From an uncultured Muribaculaceae bacterium (lineage in GTDB: Bacteria > Cyanobacteriota > Vampirovibrionia > Gastranaerophilales > Gastranaerophilaceae), in contig CAYUQM010000001.1 in NCBI GenBank assembly GCA_964446855.1, forward strand, positions 8,507 to 72,506: a stretch of DNA of 64,000 nucleotides, read 5' to 3'. The notes beneath the pieces are model-generated. The model searched no databases. It was not told where the DNA came from and worked only from the letters and a program-made list of their open reading frames with translations. Shown here piece by piece: positions 1 to 9,342 of this stretch. Within the stretch, counting starts at the first letter, position 1, and each line of letters opens with the position of its first letter. A program made the translations under genes and the position numbers.

Positions 1-1
1 T

Positions 2-766
2 GCCGATTTAGGTGTCGGATATGCTTCCGAAATTGTAGATAAGCTTCGCGGACAGTCTAGAATTAAACCGTCTGAGGTTAAGTCTTATTTGAAAGATGAG
101 TTTTTAAATACCTTGAAGTCAGCAGGTTCAAACGATTTGAATTTTAAAGAGGATGAATTAAATATTTATTTTATTGCAGGGGTTAACGGTGTCGGCAAAA
201 CAACGCTGATAGCTAAACTTGCTTATAAATTTAAGCAGGAAGGTAAAAAGGTTCTGATTGCCGCAGGAGATACATTTCGTGCAGCTGCCGAAGAACAGCT
301 TAATATTTGGTCTGAGCGTGCAGGTGCTGATATTGTAAGGCGAGATAAGGCTGACCCTGCCTCTGTTGTTTATGAAGCTATTCAAAAAGCAAAAAACGAG
401 CATTACGACGTTGTTCTTGTTGATACGGCAGGACGTTTACAAAATAAATTTAACTTGATGGAAGAGCTTTCTAAGATTAAAAACGTTATAGATAAAAACG
501 CTCCTGAAAATTTAAGAGAAAGTATTCTGGTATTGGACGCAAATACAGGTCAGAATGGTTTGCAGCAGGCTAAAGTTTTTCTTGAAGCTGTGAATTTGAC
601 TTCAGTTGCTCTTACAAAGCTTGACGGTTCTGCTAAGGGGGCAATTGTTCTTGCTGTAGCTAAAGAAATGAAGCTTCCTGTTAAACTTATTGGTGTTGGC
701 GAAAAAATGGAAGATTTGAAAGCGTTTAATGCAGAGGAATTTATTAACGCACTGTTTGAGGGGTAA
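2..766 (+). CDS. ftsY: Signal recognition particle receptor FtsY (5' end cut by window edge)
   Basis: The frame is open from nt 2 (ADLGVGYASEIVDKLR...), so the ORF-track Met at 89 is internal. SRP-GTPase motifs present: GVNGVGKTT, DTAGRL, TKLDGSAKG. Confidence 0.9.
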   Translation, partial: ADLGVGYASEIVDKLRGQSRIKPSEVKSYLKDEFLNTLKSAGSNDLNFKEDELNIYFIAGVNGVGKTTLIAKLAYKFKQEGKKVLIAAGDTFRAAAEEQLNIWSERAGADIVRRDKADPASVVYEAIQKAKNEHYDVVLVDTAGRLQNKFNLMEELSKIKNVIDKNAPENLRESILVLDANTGQNGLQQAKVFLEAVNLTSVALTKLDGSAKGAIVLAVAKEMKLPVKLIGVGEKMEDLKAFNAEEFINALFEG

Positions 767-769
767 GAC

Positions 770-1867
770 GTGAGAAAAGTCTTAAAGACTGCTAAATCTA
801 AAAACGGAAATTTAATAGAGCTGGTAACAAACGGTGAAATTTCTGATAATAATGTGTTAATAATCGGAGTTTTTCACGGTGATGAGCCGCAGGGAAAGTG
901 TTTGATTGAGAGGTATCTTGAGGACGCCCCCCCTCGAAATCGAAGATTTCGGTCCCCCCACAGAGGGGGGGACATGCCCTATGTTGATAGGCAGCAAATA
1001 ATTAAATTTGCTCAGTATATGAGAAATAATTCAACCGAGCCTGAAATTATTCTTTGGCAATATTTGAAGAATAGGCAGATGGGAGTTAAATTTCGCAGAC
1101 AGGCACCTATTGGTAATTATATTGTAGATTTTGTCAGCTATGATGTAAAACTGATTATTGAACTTGACGGTGGTCAGCATAATGAGTCAGAGCAGATAAG
1201 TAGTGATGAAAAACGAACAGATGATTTGAAAAATTGCGGTTTCAGAGTTCTAAGGTTTTGGAATAATGAAGTTCAGAGTAATTTAAATGATGTTTTAAAT
1301 TGTATAAAGTATTATGTTGATAATGATAAAGAAGATTTAATGTCCCCATTTGATAGGGGGACCGAAATCTTTGATTTCGAGGGGGATGTAAACGCTTTAA
1401 TCTTCATCCCTTGCTTAAACCCTGACGGAATGGCTCAAAATACTAGGACAAACGCAAACGGCGTGGATTTAAACCGTAATTTTCCGACAAAAAATTGGGG
1501 TGAAGACGGAAGTGCCGCTGGAGAGGATGCTTCTTCTTATTTTGGTGGTACGGCTCCTGCAAGTGAGGTTGAAACTCGATTTGTTATAGATGTTATTGAA
1601 GAGTATAAACCTAAACTTATTTTAACTCTTCATGCACCGTATAAGGTTGTGAATTACGATGGTCCTGCAAAAGAGATTGCGGAAGAAATTTCTGAAATAA
1701 TAAAATATCCAGTTGAAGCTTCTATCGGTTATCCTACTCCGGGGAGTTTCGGTACTTATTGCGGGGGTGAGCGTTCTATCCCGACAATTACGCTAGAGCT
1801 GGATGAAGAAATTCCTGTTGAAGAATTAATCGAACCTGTACATAATATCTTTGATATCTTAATATAA
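770..1867 (+). CDS. M14-family zinc carboxypeptidase (MpaA / gamma-D-Glu-DAP peptidase-like) carrying an in-frame 153-codon DUF559 insertion
   Basis: GTG start 4 nt after the ftsY stop, with GAGGGG as SD. N-part has VFHGDEPQG (HxxE zinc motif). C-part has CLNPDG, NGVDLNRNFP, TLHAPY and ITLELDEE. An unrelated DUF559 domain lies between them (aa ~53-205). Confidence 0.75.
   Translation: MRKVLKTAKSKNGNLIELVTNGEISDNNVLIIGVFHGDEPQGKCLIERYLEDAPPRNRRFRSPHRGGDMPYVDRQQIIKFAQYMRNNSTEPEIILWQYLKNRQMGVKFRRQAPIGNYIVDFVSYDVKLIIELDGGQHNESEQISSDEKRTDDLKNCGFRVLRFWNNEVQSNLNDVLNCIKYYVDNDKEDLMSPFDRGTEIFDFEGDVNALIFIPCLNPDGMAQNTRTNANGVDLNRNFPTKNWGEDGSAAGEDASSYFGGTAPASEVETRFVIDVIEEYKPKLILTLHAPYKVVNYDGPAKEIAEEISEIIKYPVEASIGYPTPGSFGTYCGGERSIPTITLELDEEIPVEELIEPVHNIFDILI
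927..972. repeat. Left terminal inverted repeat of the DUF559 cassette (two hairpins)
   Basis: First hairpin: CGAAATC-gaa-GATTTCG (935-951). Second hairpin: TCCCCCC-acagag-GGGGGGA (953-972). The reverse complement matches 1356-1385 at 29 of 30 positions. Confidence 0.8.
1342..1385. repeat. Right terminal inverted repeat of the DUF559 cassette (two hairpins)
   Basis: First hairpin: TCCCC-atttgatag-GGGGA (1343-1361). Second hairpin: CGAAATC-ttt-GATTTCG (1363-1379), followed by AGGGGG. Confidence 0.8.
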
Positions 1868-1941
1868 CTTTACATTTAAGCAATTATTTATACAATAAAT
1901 ACTTTATATATAGGTACATAGAAAAATTTGCGAGGATTATT

Positions 1942-2496
1942 ATGGCAGGACCAGGTGACGTTTCACGCAACGATTCGACACAGCGTGTATACTTAAATAG
2001 GTTAACCGGAGAGTATCCATATACCGGATATAAACCTAAGAAAGAACAAATTGATATAAAATATGGTGATAGCAAAGTTGGTATTGAGGCAAAGTTTAGT
2101 TCCAAAGTTTCACAACCTAAGTCTTTTTCTCATAGTTTAGATTGTGAAAACCCTGCTTACGTAACTCCCGGTAGTCTTCCTAAAAGACGTGCCAGAGATT
2201 TCTTTAATGAGTTGGAGAAGAAAGGTTATGCAAAACAAGAAACTATTGAAGTCTCAAGTGGAAATTCTTTTGTAGATTTTCTCTTTGGAACCGACAAAGT
2301 TCCTGTTTACAGCGTAAAAATGCCTAAAAATGAAAACGGCGCATATCCTAATTTGAAATACTTTATGGAATTGACAAATCTTCCGGAAAAAGCGTTTCTT
2401 AATCTGCCGAAAGAGGCATTAGAGCATCCTGAAAAATATGTTCTAAAAGGTACGGTCCATATTGATGCCAATATGGTAAATGATTTATGGAATTAA
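1942..2496 (+). CDS. Hypothetical protein (184 aa), no recognisable family
   Basis: Long ORF followed directly by an intrinsic terminator. No motif recognised. Confidence 0.5.
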   Translation: MAGPGDVSRNDSTQRVYLNRLTGEYPYTGYKPKKEQIDIKYGDSKVGIEAKFSSKVSQPKSFSHSLDCENPAYVTPGSLPKRRARDFFNELEKKGYAKQETIEVSSGNSFVDFLFGTDKVPVYSVKMPKNENGAYPNLKYFMELTNLPEKAFLNLPKEALEHPEKYVLKGTVHIDANMVNDLWN

Positions 2497-2508
2497 TAAT
2501 ATTTAATT

Positions 2509-2535
2509 AAGGCGGATTAAATTCCGCCTTTTTTG
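2509..2535 (+). terminator. Rho-independent terminator
   Basis: AAGGCGGA-ttaaat-TCCGCCTT followed by a T-run. Confidence 0.8.
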
Positions 2536-2569
2536 TGTTAGAATTATCTCAGAAAGAGGGATATTGTTT

Positions 2570-3943
2570 ATGAGATTACATAATTCTTACACGAATGCAG
2601 TTGAAGAGTTCACTCCGATTGACGGAAACAAAGTTAAAATGTATGTTTGCGGACCTACTGTTTATGATTTTGCACACCTGGGACATGCCAGATGTTATAT
2701 TACTTGGGATGTTTTGTACAGATATTTGAAGTTTAAAGGGTATGATGTTACATATTGCCGTAACGTTACCGATGTTGATGATAAAATTCTTAAAAAAGCC
2801 GATAAAGAGGAGAAAACTCCTGAGGAAGTTTCTCAATACTGGTATAAACAGTTTGATAACTCAATGAAGTCTTTGAATACCTTGAAACCTGATATTGAAC
2901 CGTTTGCTACAAAAACTTTAGGTGAAATGATTTCTATTGTGAAAGATTTAATCGCAAAAGGATATGCTTACGAGGCTGACGGGGATGTTTATTTCAGGGT
3001 TAAGAAGTTTCCTCAATACGGTTATCTTTCAAAGCAGCCTATTGATCAGTTGGAAAGCGGTGCGAGAATTGACGTCGGAGAAGTTAAAGAAGATCCGCTC
3101 GATTTTGCATTATGGAAAAAAGATGAGAAATTCGGCTACAAATCTCCTTGGGGCGTCGGACGCCCGGGGTGGCATATTGAGTGTTCCGCTATGAGTAGAA
3201 AATATCTCGGAAAAACAATTGATATCCACGCGGGAGGTGCGGATTTAATATTTCCTCACCACGAAAACGAGATTGCGCAGTCCGAGTGTGCAAACGGATG
3301 TAAGTTTGTTAATTACTGGCTTCATAACGGGTTTGTAACTATTAATAAAGAAAAAATGTCTAAGTCTTTAGGCAATTTCCTGACAATTGACGAATTGCTT
3401 AAGAAATATGATGCAAACACTATCCGGTTCTTTATTCTGACAAACCACTACAGAATGCCTGTAGAGTTTTCTGATGAAGCTTTGTCGTCTGCTCAGTCCG
3501 GTGTTAAGAGGATGCTTAATGCTAAGCAGACTAAAGTTGATGACAGTTTGGATATTACGACTACAGAGGCTTATAAGCAGTTTGTTGAAGCAATGGATGA
3601 TGATTTGAATACGTCCAAAGCGCTTGCTGTTCTTTTTGACCTGACTAACAGAGCAAATAAGGATGAAGCCGGCGCGTTTACAGTGCTATTTAAACTTGCA
3701 ACTGCCCTTGGTTTTACTTTCGATAAACCTGAACTTTCAAAAGAAGAGTTGGATAAGGCTGTAAGCTTAGTTTCAGAAAAACTCGGAGAGCACTTTGCTT
3801 CTATGGACGAGCTTATTTCTTATCGTAAGAAAGCTCGAGAAGAAAAGAACTGGGCGGTTGCCGATACTATAAGAATTACTCTTGACGAATGCGGAATTTT
3901 ACTGAAGGATTCTAAAGACGGGACAAAAATTGAAGCTAAGTAA
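2570..3943 (+). CDS. cysS: Cysteine--tRNA ligase
   Basis: HLGHARCY (HIGH-type motif), KMSKSLGN (KMSKS motif), [15 protein letters not shown]. The ATG at 2570 has an AGAGGG SD about 10 nt upstream. The ORF track starts 6 nt earlier at a TTG. Confidence 0.95.
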   Translation: MRLHNSYTNAVEEFTPIDGNKVKMYVCGPTVYDFAHLGHARCYITWDVLYRYLKFKGYDVTYCRNVTDVDDKILKKADKEEKTPEEVSQYWYKQFDNSMKSLNTLKPDIEPFATKTLGEMISIVKDLIAKGYAYEADGDVYFRVKKFPQYGYLSKQPIDQLESGARIDVGEVKEDPLDFALWKKDEKFGYKSPWGVGRPGWHIECSAMSRKYLGKTIDIHAGGADLIFPHHENEIAQSECANGCKFVNYWLHNGFVTINKEKMSKSLGNFLTIDELLKKYDANTIRFFILTNHYRMPVEFSDEALSSAQSGVKRMLNAKQTKVDDSLDITTTEAYKQFVEAMDDDLNTSKALAVLFDLTNRANKDEAGAFTVLFKLATALGFTFDKPELSKEELDKAVSLVSEKLGEHFASMDELISYRKKAREEKNWAVADTIRITLDECGILLKDSKDGTKIEAK

Positions 3944-3944
3944 T

Positions 3945-3973
3945 AAAAAAGGAGCAATATTTGCTCCTTTTTT
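3945..3973. terminator. Bidirectional intrinsic terminator between convergent genes
   Basis: A-run, then GGAGCAA-tat-TTGCTCC, then T-run. Confidence 0.8.
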
Positions 3974-3974
3974 A

Positions 3975-4496
3975 TTATGCGTTATAGCCAAATCGTTTTT
4001 GTAGTCTTTCTGTTTTTTCTTGTACTGTTTCGTTTTTATGTGCTTCTGCATATTTTTCTGCTGCGATTTTGTTATAAAAACAGTCTTTATCAAGAATTAT
4101 ATTTTTTGCGGCTTCAATTTCGTTGAGTGGGTAGTGGTTTCTAAATACATTTGTAGTATTGGTATTGGTTAATTTTCTGTAAGCATTTCTTGAGTAGTTT
4201 TCTGCAACAATTGCCAAAACATCTCTTGAGTTTCCATTTGCTTGAACGATAGATCCGCTTTGATTTTCTTTTGGGTGTTTATAGAAAACTTGGTTTCCGT
4301 CAAAAATGACTTCGCCATCGCTTTCTTCCAGAGGCTTTGCAATATTAAGCATAAAATCGGCTTCAAAATTAGGGTTTTGCACGAACTCTTCTGCTAAACT
4401 CTGGGCGCCGTATTCGACTACTTTAAAAGAGCCAAAGCTGCACTGTGATACGTTTGAAATTGCATTAATATTCATTTTATACTCCTTTTTATACAC
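3975..4496 (-). CDS. Hypothetical protein (166-173 aa)
   Basis: ORF only. An alternative start MNINAISNV lies at 4475. No family recognised. Confidence 0.5.
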   Translation of the reverse strand: MYKKEYKMNINAISNVSQCSFGSFKVVEYGAQSLAEEFVQNPNFEADFMLNIAKPLEESDGEVIFDGNQVFYKHPKENQSGSIVQANGNSRDVLAIVAENYSRNAYRKLTNTNTTNVFRNHYPLNEIEAAKNIILDKDCFYNKIAAEKYAEAHKNETVQEKTERLQKRFGYNA

Positions 4497-4584
4497 CCTA
4501 TATTAAAGCGTTAAAATATTCCTTTTGCTATTATAATAAGTTATTTGTTACAAAAGGTAATGTTTGTCGTATAATTAAATTACC

Positions 4585-6321
4585 ATGATGAGATATGTGT
4601 TAGTTGTGTTATTAATGTTACAAATTTTCTCAGGGGCTGCGTTTTCAAAAGTCCCGACTGTGACGTTAGAAATTGCCCAAAAAGCGGAACAAGCTGGTTT
4701 AAAAAAACTTCCGGACTTGGAAATTGTAAGAGTCGGAATCGGAAACCAATCTTTTGGAACCTATGTATATAAAAATATCGGAGTTTATGGAACTGCTCCG
4801 CTTGAAATCTACGCTAAAGACAGGGGTCTTATTGATAAGATTGCGGCTAATAAGAATGTCAATGTATTCATTAACCCTGATTTAACTTATTCTTTAAAAG
4901 AAGATGATGGTACAGAGATTGCAACACTTAATGAAGGTATTTCTTTTAAATGCCCGTTAGGCAGACTTGGTGTAAAATCATTGAAGAGGTCGGGTGCGCC
5001 AGCTCTTTACCGTGGAGAATTTCAAGTGGTCAAATCTTCAAGCGGAGTTCAATTTAATTTGGTGAATGTTCTTCCGGTAGAGGATTATTTAAAGGGGGTT
5101 GTTCCTAATGAAATGCCTGTAAGTTTTGGGCTGGAAGCCTTAAAAGCTCAAAGTGTTGCGGCTAGAAATTATGTCTTGTCCCCGAGAGCAAAAGCTTGTC
5201 CAAATTATGATGTGGTTGATTCTGTAGCCAGTCAGGTGTATTTTGGAGCGAATACTGAAAAAGAATTAAGTAATCAGGCTGTAATCCAAACCGAAGGGGT
5301 TGTTGCTCTTTATAATTGGGATTTGATTTTAGCATTGTATTCGTCTACGGCAGGTGGTTATACTGAAAGTTATTCTAATGCATTTTCGGATCCTATTACA
5401 AAGTCTTTCCCTGCACCCGATAAGCCTTATCTCAGGGCAAAACCTGATATATTATACCAAACCCCGTTAAATGACGAGGATGCTGCTGTTGCGTATTATA
5501 AATCAAAACCTGACGCTTATGATATTCGTTCGTCTTATTTCCGTTGGACAAGAGAGTGGAATGCAGAAGAACTTCAGAGTGAGTTAGTGCAGACATTAGA
5601 AACTCAATCTGCAACGGGGTTTGTAAAGCCGGTATTTAACAAAGGTGAACGGCTGGATGACTTGGTTGAGTTAAAAGTTATCAAACGTGGTGAGTCTGGA
5701 AAGGTTATAGAGTTAGAGATTATTACACAGTCAAAAACTTATAAAATTTTTAAAGAGTTGGTTATTCGCAGACTTCTTACAAAGGATGGAAAAGCTTTGC
5801 CGAGTGCAAATGTTATTTTTGAAAATGCTCAGGATAATGAAGGTAAGCTTGTTGCTGTTAAAGCTTATGGCGGTGGTTATGGACACGGTGTAGGCTTAAG
5901 TCAATATGGGGCAGGTTTTATGGGTTCAGAGTTGCATTTGCCATTTTATAAAATTTTACAGCACTATTATTCAGGGGTAACTCTTGCTACAAAGCCGATT
6001 ATTATTTCAACGGAGGCTTCTCAAGTGTCTGCGGTTCAGCATTTTTATGCTCCTAAAAAATCTGCGCGAGTTGTCCTCGATAATAAGTATGGAGTAAATG
6101 AACTCTTAATAACTATTAACGGAATAGAACATAAGTATCAGCTTCCTAAAGAGGTTTTCGGTTATAAGAGATATTGTGAAATTGATATTTCGGATTTTAT
6201 TCGGGTAGGTAAAAATGAGGTAATATTTACGTCGCCGGAGTTTGCCGGAAGTTCTGTAAATAAAGGTTTAAGATTGTATGTGGAATTGGTAGGTAGAGAT
6301 GACGGTGGAAGTATCTGGTAA
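4585..6321 (+). CDS. SpoIID/LytB-domain protein (peptidoglycan remodelling), signal peptide
   Basis: N-terminal hydrophobic signal sequence. Motifs: VVPNEMPVSFGLEALKAQSVAARNY, YSSTAGGYTES, GHGVGLSQYGA. Confidence 0.85.
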   Translation: MMRYVLVVLLMLQIFSGAAFSKVPTVTLEIAQKAEQAGLKKLPDLEIVRVGIGNQSFGTYVYKNIGVYGTAPLEIYAKDRGLIDKIAANKNVNVFINPDLTYSLKEDDGTEIATLNEGISFKCPLGRLGVKSLKRSGAPALYRGEFQVVKSSSGVQFNLVNVLPVEDYLKGVVPNEMPVSFGLEALKAQSVAARNYVLSPRAKACPNYDVVDSVASQVYFGANTEKELSNQAVIQTEGVVALYNWDLILALYSSTAGGYTESYSNAFSDPITKSFPAPDKPYLRAKPDILYQTPLNDEDAAVAYYKSKPDAYDIRSSYFRWTREWNAEELQSELVQTLETQSATGFVKPVFNKGERLDDLVELKVIKRGESGKVIELEIITQSKTYKIFKELVIRRLLTKDGKALPSANVIFENAQDNEGKLVAVKAYGGGYGHGVGLSQYGAGFMGSELHLPFYKILQHYYSGVTLATKPIIISTEASQVSAVQHFYAPKKSARVVLDNKYGVNELLITINGIEHKYQLPKEVFGYKRYCEIDISDFIRVGKNEVIFTSPEFAGSSVNKGLRLYVELVGRDDGGSIW

Positions 6322-7900
6322 CGACAAAACAACAAGTGTATTAAAGGCTGCGTGGCTTATAGCATTAGTTACAATTATAAGTAAACTTATTGGGTTTGTT
6401 CGAGATATTGTTATTGCAAACTATTATGGTGCGTCTATGGTTTCGGATGCTTATTATTATGCATACCAAATACCTGCATTGTCATTAATTATTCTTGGTG
6501 GTGTTGGTGGTCCGTTTCATAGTGCCACGGTTGCTGTATTTTCGAAGTTGATACCATCTTTTAAAGATAAACCTGCGGATGAGGTTAATAAATTATATTC
6601 TACATTTATGACAGCAACAATAATTTTCTTTTTGTTGTTGTCTGTAATATTGTTTTTTTTCTCGCAAGAAATTATGGGCTTAATTATTTCAAGTGGTTCT
6701 GCTGAATTGGTTACCCTTGCCGCTACGCATTTGAAAATTATGACACCATTACTTTTGATAGGTGGTATTGTTGGAATATATTACGGACTTTTAATTATTT
6801 ACAAGCAGTTTATGTTACCGAATTTGTCGCCGATTATAATGAGTATAGCAATTATTACGATTGCTGTTGCCGTAGCTCCGAATGACCAAAAGGGTATAGC
6901 CTTGGCATGGGCGACCACATTGGGTGCAATATTACAGCTTGTAATCCAATACCCTAATATCAAAAAACTTGGGTTTAAGATAAAGCCTAATTTTGAATAT
7001 ACTAATAATCCGCATTTTAAAGAAATTTGCGAACTTCTTTTTCCTGCGGTTTTAAGCTCTACGGTAGGTCAAATTCATATTTATGTCGATATGTTTTTTA
7101 CTTCTTCAATTTCAGAAGGCGCTTGGACTGCAATAGGGTATGCGAACAGAGTGTTTCAGTTTCCGGTTGGAATTCTTGTAACGGCATTCCTCGTTCCGCT
7201 GTTTCCGATTTTTGCAAGGTTGGTTGCAGATAAAGATTATGGTGGAATAAGAGAGTATTTTAATAAAGGGGTCGGTGTTTTATTCTTTGTTGCAATTCCT
7301 ATTATAATTGGGATCCTTGTTGTCGGGCTCGATGCTGTAAGACTTGTTTTTGAACGAGGTGCATTTGACTCACAGGCTACATTTATGGTTGCTGAAGCTT
7401 TGTGGTTCTTGTCTGTTTCGATTTTGCCTTATGTGTTTAGGGATTCTATAACAAGGGTTTATTACTCATTCAATGATAGCAAAACTCCGTTTATTGTGGC
7501 ATTTTCGTCTATTGTTCTGAAGTTTGTTTTAAATGTTTTATTCATTGTAAAGTTGGGGATGGGTATTGGCGGAATTACTTTTTCTACTTCGCTTGTGACA
7601 TTATTTAATGCTTGTGTCCTTGGAATTTTGATGAAAAAGAAAATGCAAATGGATTACAAGTCCCTGTTTATCAATTTGTTTAAAATGATTGTTGCAGGTG
7701 TTCTAACCTTTGGTGTTTGTTTAGTTGCTGCTTATGCGTTTGATAAACTCATAGTGCTTCCGCGTTTAGTATTTGAGATTGTAAAAATTTTAAGTATTAT
7801 GATTGTTTGCTCTCTTGTATATATACCGCTTAATCTTATGATGAATATGGATTATGCAAAAGAACTTGCAGTTCGAGTTACAGCAAAGTTTAAGAAATAA
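6299..7900 (+). CDS. murJ: Lipid II flippase MurJ (MviN)
   Basis: ISKLIGFVRDIVIANYYGASMVSDAYYYAYQIP is the typical MurJ N-terminus. Polytopic membrane protein of about 530 aa. Overlaps the upstream gene by 23 nt. Confidence 0.9.
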   Translation: MTVEVSGNDKTTSVLKAAWLIALVTIISKLIGFVRDIVIANYYGASMVSDAYYYAYQIPALSLIILGGVGGPFHSATVAVFSKLIPSFKDKPADEVNKLYSTFMTATIIFFLLLSVILFFFSQEIMGLIISSGSAELVTLAATHLKIMTPLLLIGGIVGIYYGLLIIYKQFMLPNLSPIIMSIAIITIAVAVAPNDQKGIALAWATTLGAILQLVIQYPNIKKLGFKIKPNFEYTNNPHFKEICELLFPAVLSSTVGQIHIYVDMFFTSSISEGAWTAIGYANRVFQFPVGILVTAFLVPLFPIFARLVADKDYGGIREYFNKGVGVLFFVAIPIIIGILVVGLDAVRLVFERGAFDSQATFMVAEALWFLSVSILPYVFRDSITRVYYSFNDSKTPFIVAFSSIVLKFVLNVLFIVKLGMGIGGITFSTSLVTLFNACVLGILMKKKMQMDYKSLFINLFKMIVAGVLTFGVCLVAAYAFDKLIVLPRLVFEIVKILSIMIVCSLVYIPLNLMMNMDYAKELAVRVTAKFKK

Positions 7901-7999
7901 TTTACATAAAATATGTTATGTTGCTGATGTATAACGCCATAACTCTGAGTTTATAAATTATATAATATTTATGCTAAAATAAGAAAAAAGGAGTCAGTT

Positions 8000-9241
8000 A
8001 TGGGACAAACATTGGTAGAAAAGATTATTTCAGAGCATGCAGGGCATGAAGTTAAAGCTGGAGAACTTGTTATTGCAAACGTTGATGTTACGGCAGTTCA
8101 AGACGGAACCGGTCCTCTGACGGTTCAAGAATTTAAAAAATTGGGTATTCCGAAACTTCATAATCCTGAAAGAAGTATTCTTTTTATTGACCACGCGTCC
8201 CCAAGTCCTAGAAAAGAGCTTTCTAATACCCATACTGTGCTAAGAGATTTTTCCAAAGAATACGGAGCTGTTTTATCCGATGTCGGAGCCGGGGTTTGCC
8301 ATCAAAGGCTTATTGAAACATTTGTTAATCCGGGCGAAATACTTGTTGGAGCAGATTCGCATACTTGTACTTCTGGTGCACTTGGTGCTTTTGCAACCGG
8401 TATGGGGTCAACAGATATTGCTGTTGCAATGGCTTTGGGTAAAACTTGGTTAAAAGTTCCTGCAACTTATAAAATAGAAGTAACTGGCAAATTTAAAGAT
8501 GGTATTTGTGCTAAAGATTTAATGCTCTACCTTATAGGGATGATTGGGGCTGATGGTGCAACATACAAGGCTCTTGAATTTTGCGGTGATACTATTGAAA
8601 ACATGATGATGTCAGAAAGATTTACACTTGCAAATATGGCAGTAGAAGCTGGCGCTAAATGTGGGTTGTTTGTGGCGGATGATAAAACAAAAGAATTCTT
8701 AAAATCAAGAGGAAGGGAAGATAAATTTAAATCAACCTTACCTGATTCAGATGCAATTTATGAAAGAGTTATTAAAATTAATGCGGAAGATGTTCCTCAT
8801 ACCGTATCTTGTCCGCACACTGTTGATAATACAAGACCTGTTGAAGAACTAAAAGATGTAAAAGTAAATCAGGTCTTTGTCGGAACCTGTACAAACGGAA
8901 GAATTGAAGATCTACGTATTGTTGCTGAAATTTTGAAAGGTAAAACTATAAACGGCGACGTGAGAATGTTGATATGTCCGGCATCAAAAGATGTTTATCT
9001 TCAAGCTCTTGAGGAAGGTTTAATTAATATTTTCGTAGAAGCAAATGCGACAATTCTGCCACCCGGTTGTGGGCCTTGTGTCGGAGTTCACGCAGGGACA
9101 CTTGCTGATGGAGAAGTTTGTCTTGCAACCCAAAACAGAAACTTTCAGGGCAGAATGGGTAATACTAATGGGTTTATTTATCTGGCTTCTCCTTATGTAG
9201 CAGCATATACCGCTTTGCGTGGATATATTTCGGCAGAATAA
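8000..9241 (+). CDS. leuC: Aconitase-family dehydratase large subunit, LeuC type 2 / homoaconitase HacA-like
   Basis: About 413 aa with Fe-S ligand contexts GADSHTCTSG, VGTCTNGR and PPGCGPCVG. No small subunit is adjacent. Confidence 0.8.
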   Translation: MGQTLVEKIISEHAGHEVKAGELVIANVDVTAVQDGTGPLTVQEFKKLGIPKLHNPERSILFIDHASPSPRKELSNTHTVLRDFSKEYGAVLSDVGAGVCHQRLIETFVNPGEILVGADSHTCTSGALGAFATGMGSTDIAVAMALGKTWLKVPATYKIEVTGKFKDGICAKDLMLYLIGMIGADGATYKALEFCGDTIENMMMSERFTLANMAVEAGAKCGLFVADDKTKEFLKSRGREDKFKSTLPDSDAIYERVIKINAEDVPHTVSCPHTVDNTRPVEELKDVKVNQVFVGTCTNGRIEDLRIVAEILKGKTINGDVRMLICPASKDVYLQALEEGLINIFVEANATILPPGCGPCVGVHAGTLADGEVCLATQNRNFQGRMGNTNGFIYLASPYVAAYTALRGYISAE

Positions 9242-9342
9242 ATTCCAATTATAAAACTTATAATATAACCCGATTATTTTATATTATAGTGTAAGCAAAA
9301 CTTAAAAAATCTCCTTATTATGTTAGTAAGGAGATTTTTATT

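Larger units (their letters stand above)
927..1385 (+). mobile_element. DUF559 (Vsr-like PD-(D/E)xK endonuclease) cassette flanked by double-hairpin terminal inverted repeats, inserted in frame in the peptidase gene
   Basis: Internal ATG at 974 begins MPYVDRQQIIKFAQYMRNNSTEPEIILWQYLKNRQMGVKFRRQAPIGNYIVDFVSYDVKLIIELDGGQHNE...GFRVLRFWNNEV, which is the typical DUF559 signature. The flanks at 927-972 and 1342-1385 are inverted repeats. Length is 459 nt = 153 codons, with no stop codon. Confidence 0.6.

Noticed and set aside
158-403. Short antisense or alternative-frame ORFs within housekeeping genes (for example 158-403, 2576-2836, 2964-3194, 8030-8233, 18196-18498, 25297-25623, 48460-48738, 59174-59449)
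   Set aside because: Each lies wholly inside a confidently identified conserved gene on the other strand or in another frame. These are typical chance ORFs.
927-1385. Could the in-frame DUF559 block be an intein with a homing endonuclease?
   Set aside because: - The junction residues do not fit. The block starts ...LED|APPRN and ends ...FEGD|VNAL, with no N-terminal Cys/Ser/Ala-type nucleophile context and no C-terminal His-Asn followed by Cys/Ser/Thr.
- No Hint/splicing blocks are visible.
- The DNA-level inverted repeats argue for a DNA element instead.
1884-2105. 73-aa minus-strand ORF overlapping the start of the 1942-2496 gene
   Set aside because: It is shorter than the plus-strand ORF it overlaps and hydrophobic by composition. 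The plus-strand ORF is followed by a clean terminator and so is preferred.
4545-4553. Palindromic word TTGTTACAA upstream of the SpoIID gene and again at 45408-45416 in the pilin divergent promoter: a shared operator?
   Set aside because: - There are only two occurrences.
- The word overlaps plausible -35-like hexamers (TTGTTA) in AT-rich DNA.
- It matches no regulator consensus I can name.
- The evidence is insufficient without genome-wide enrichment.
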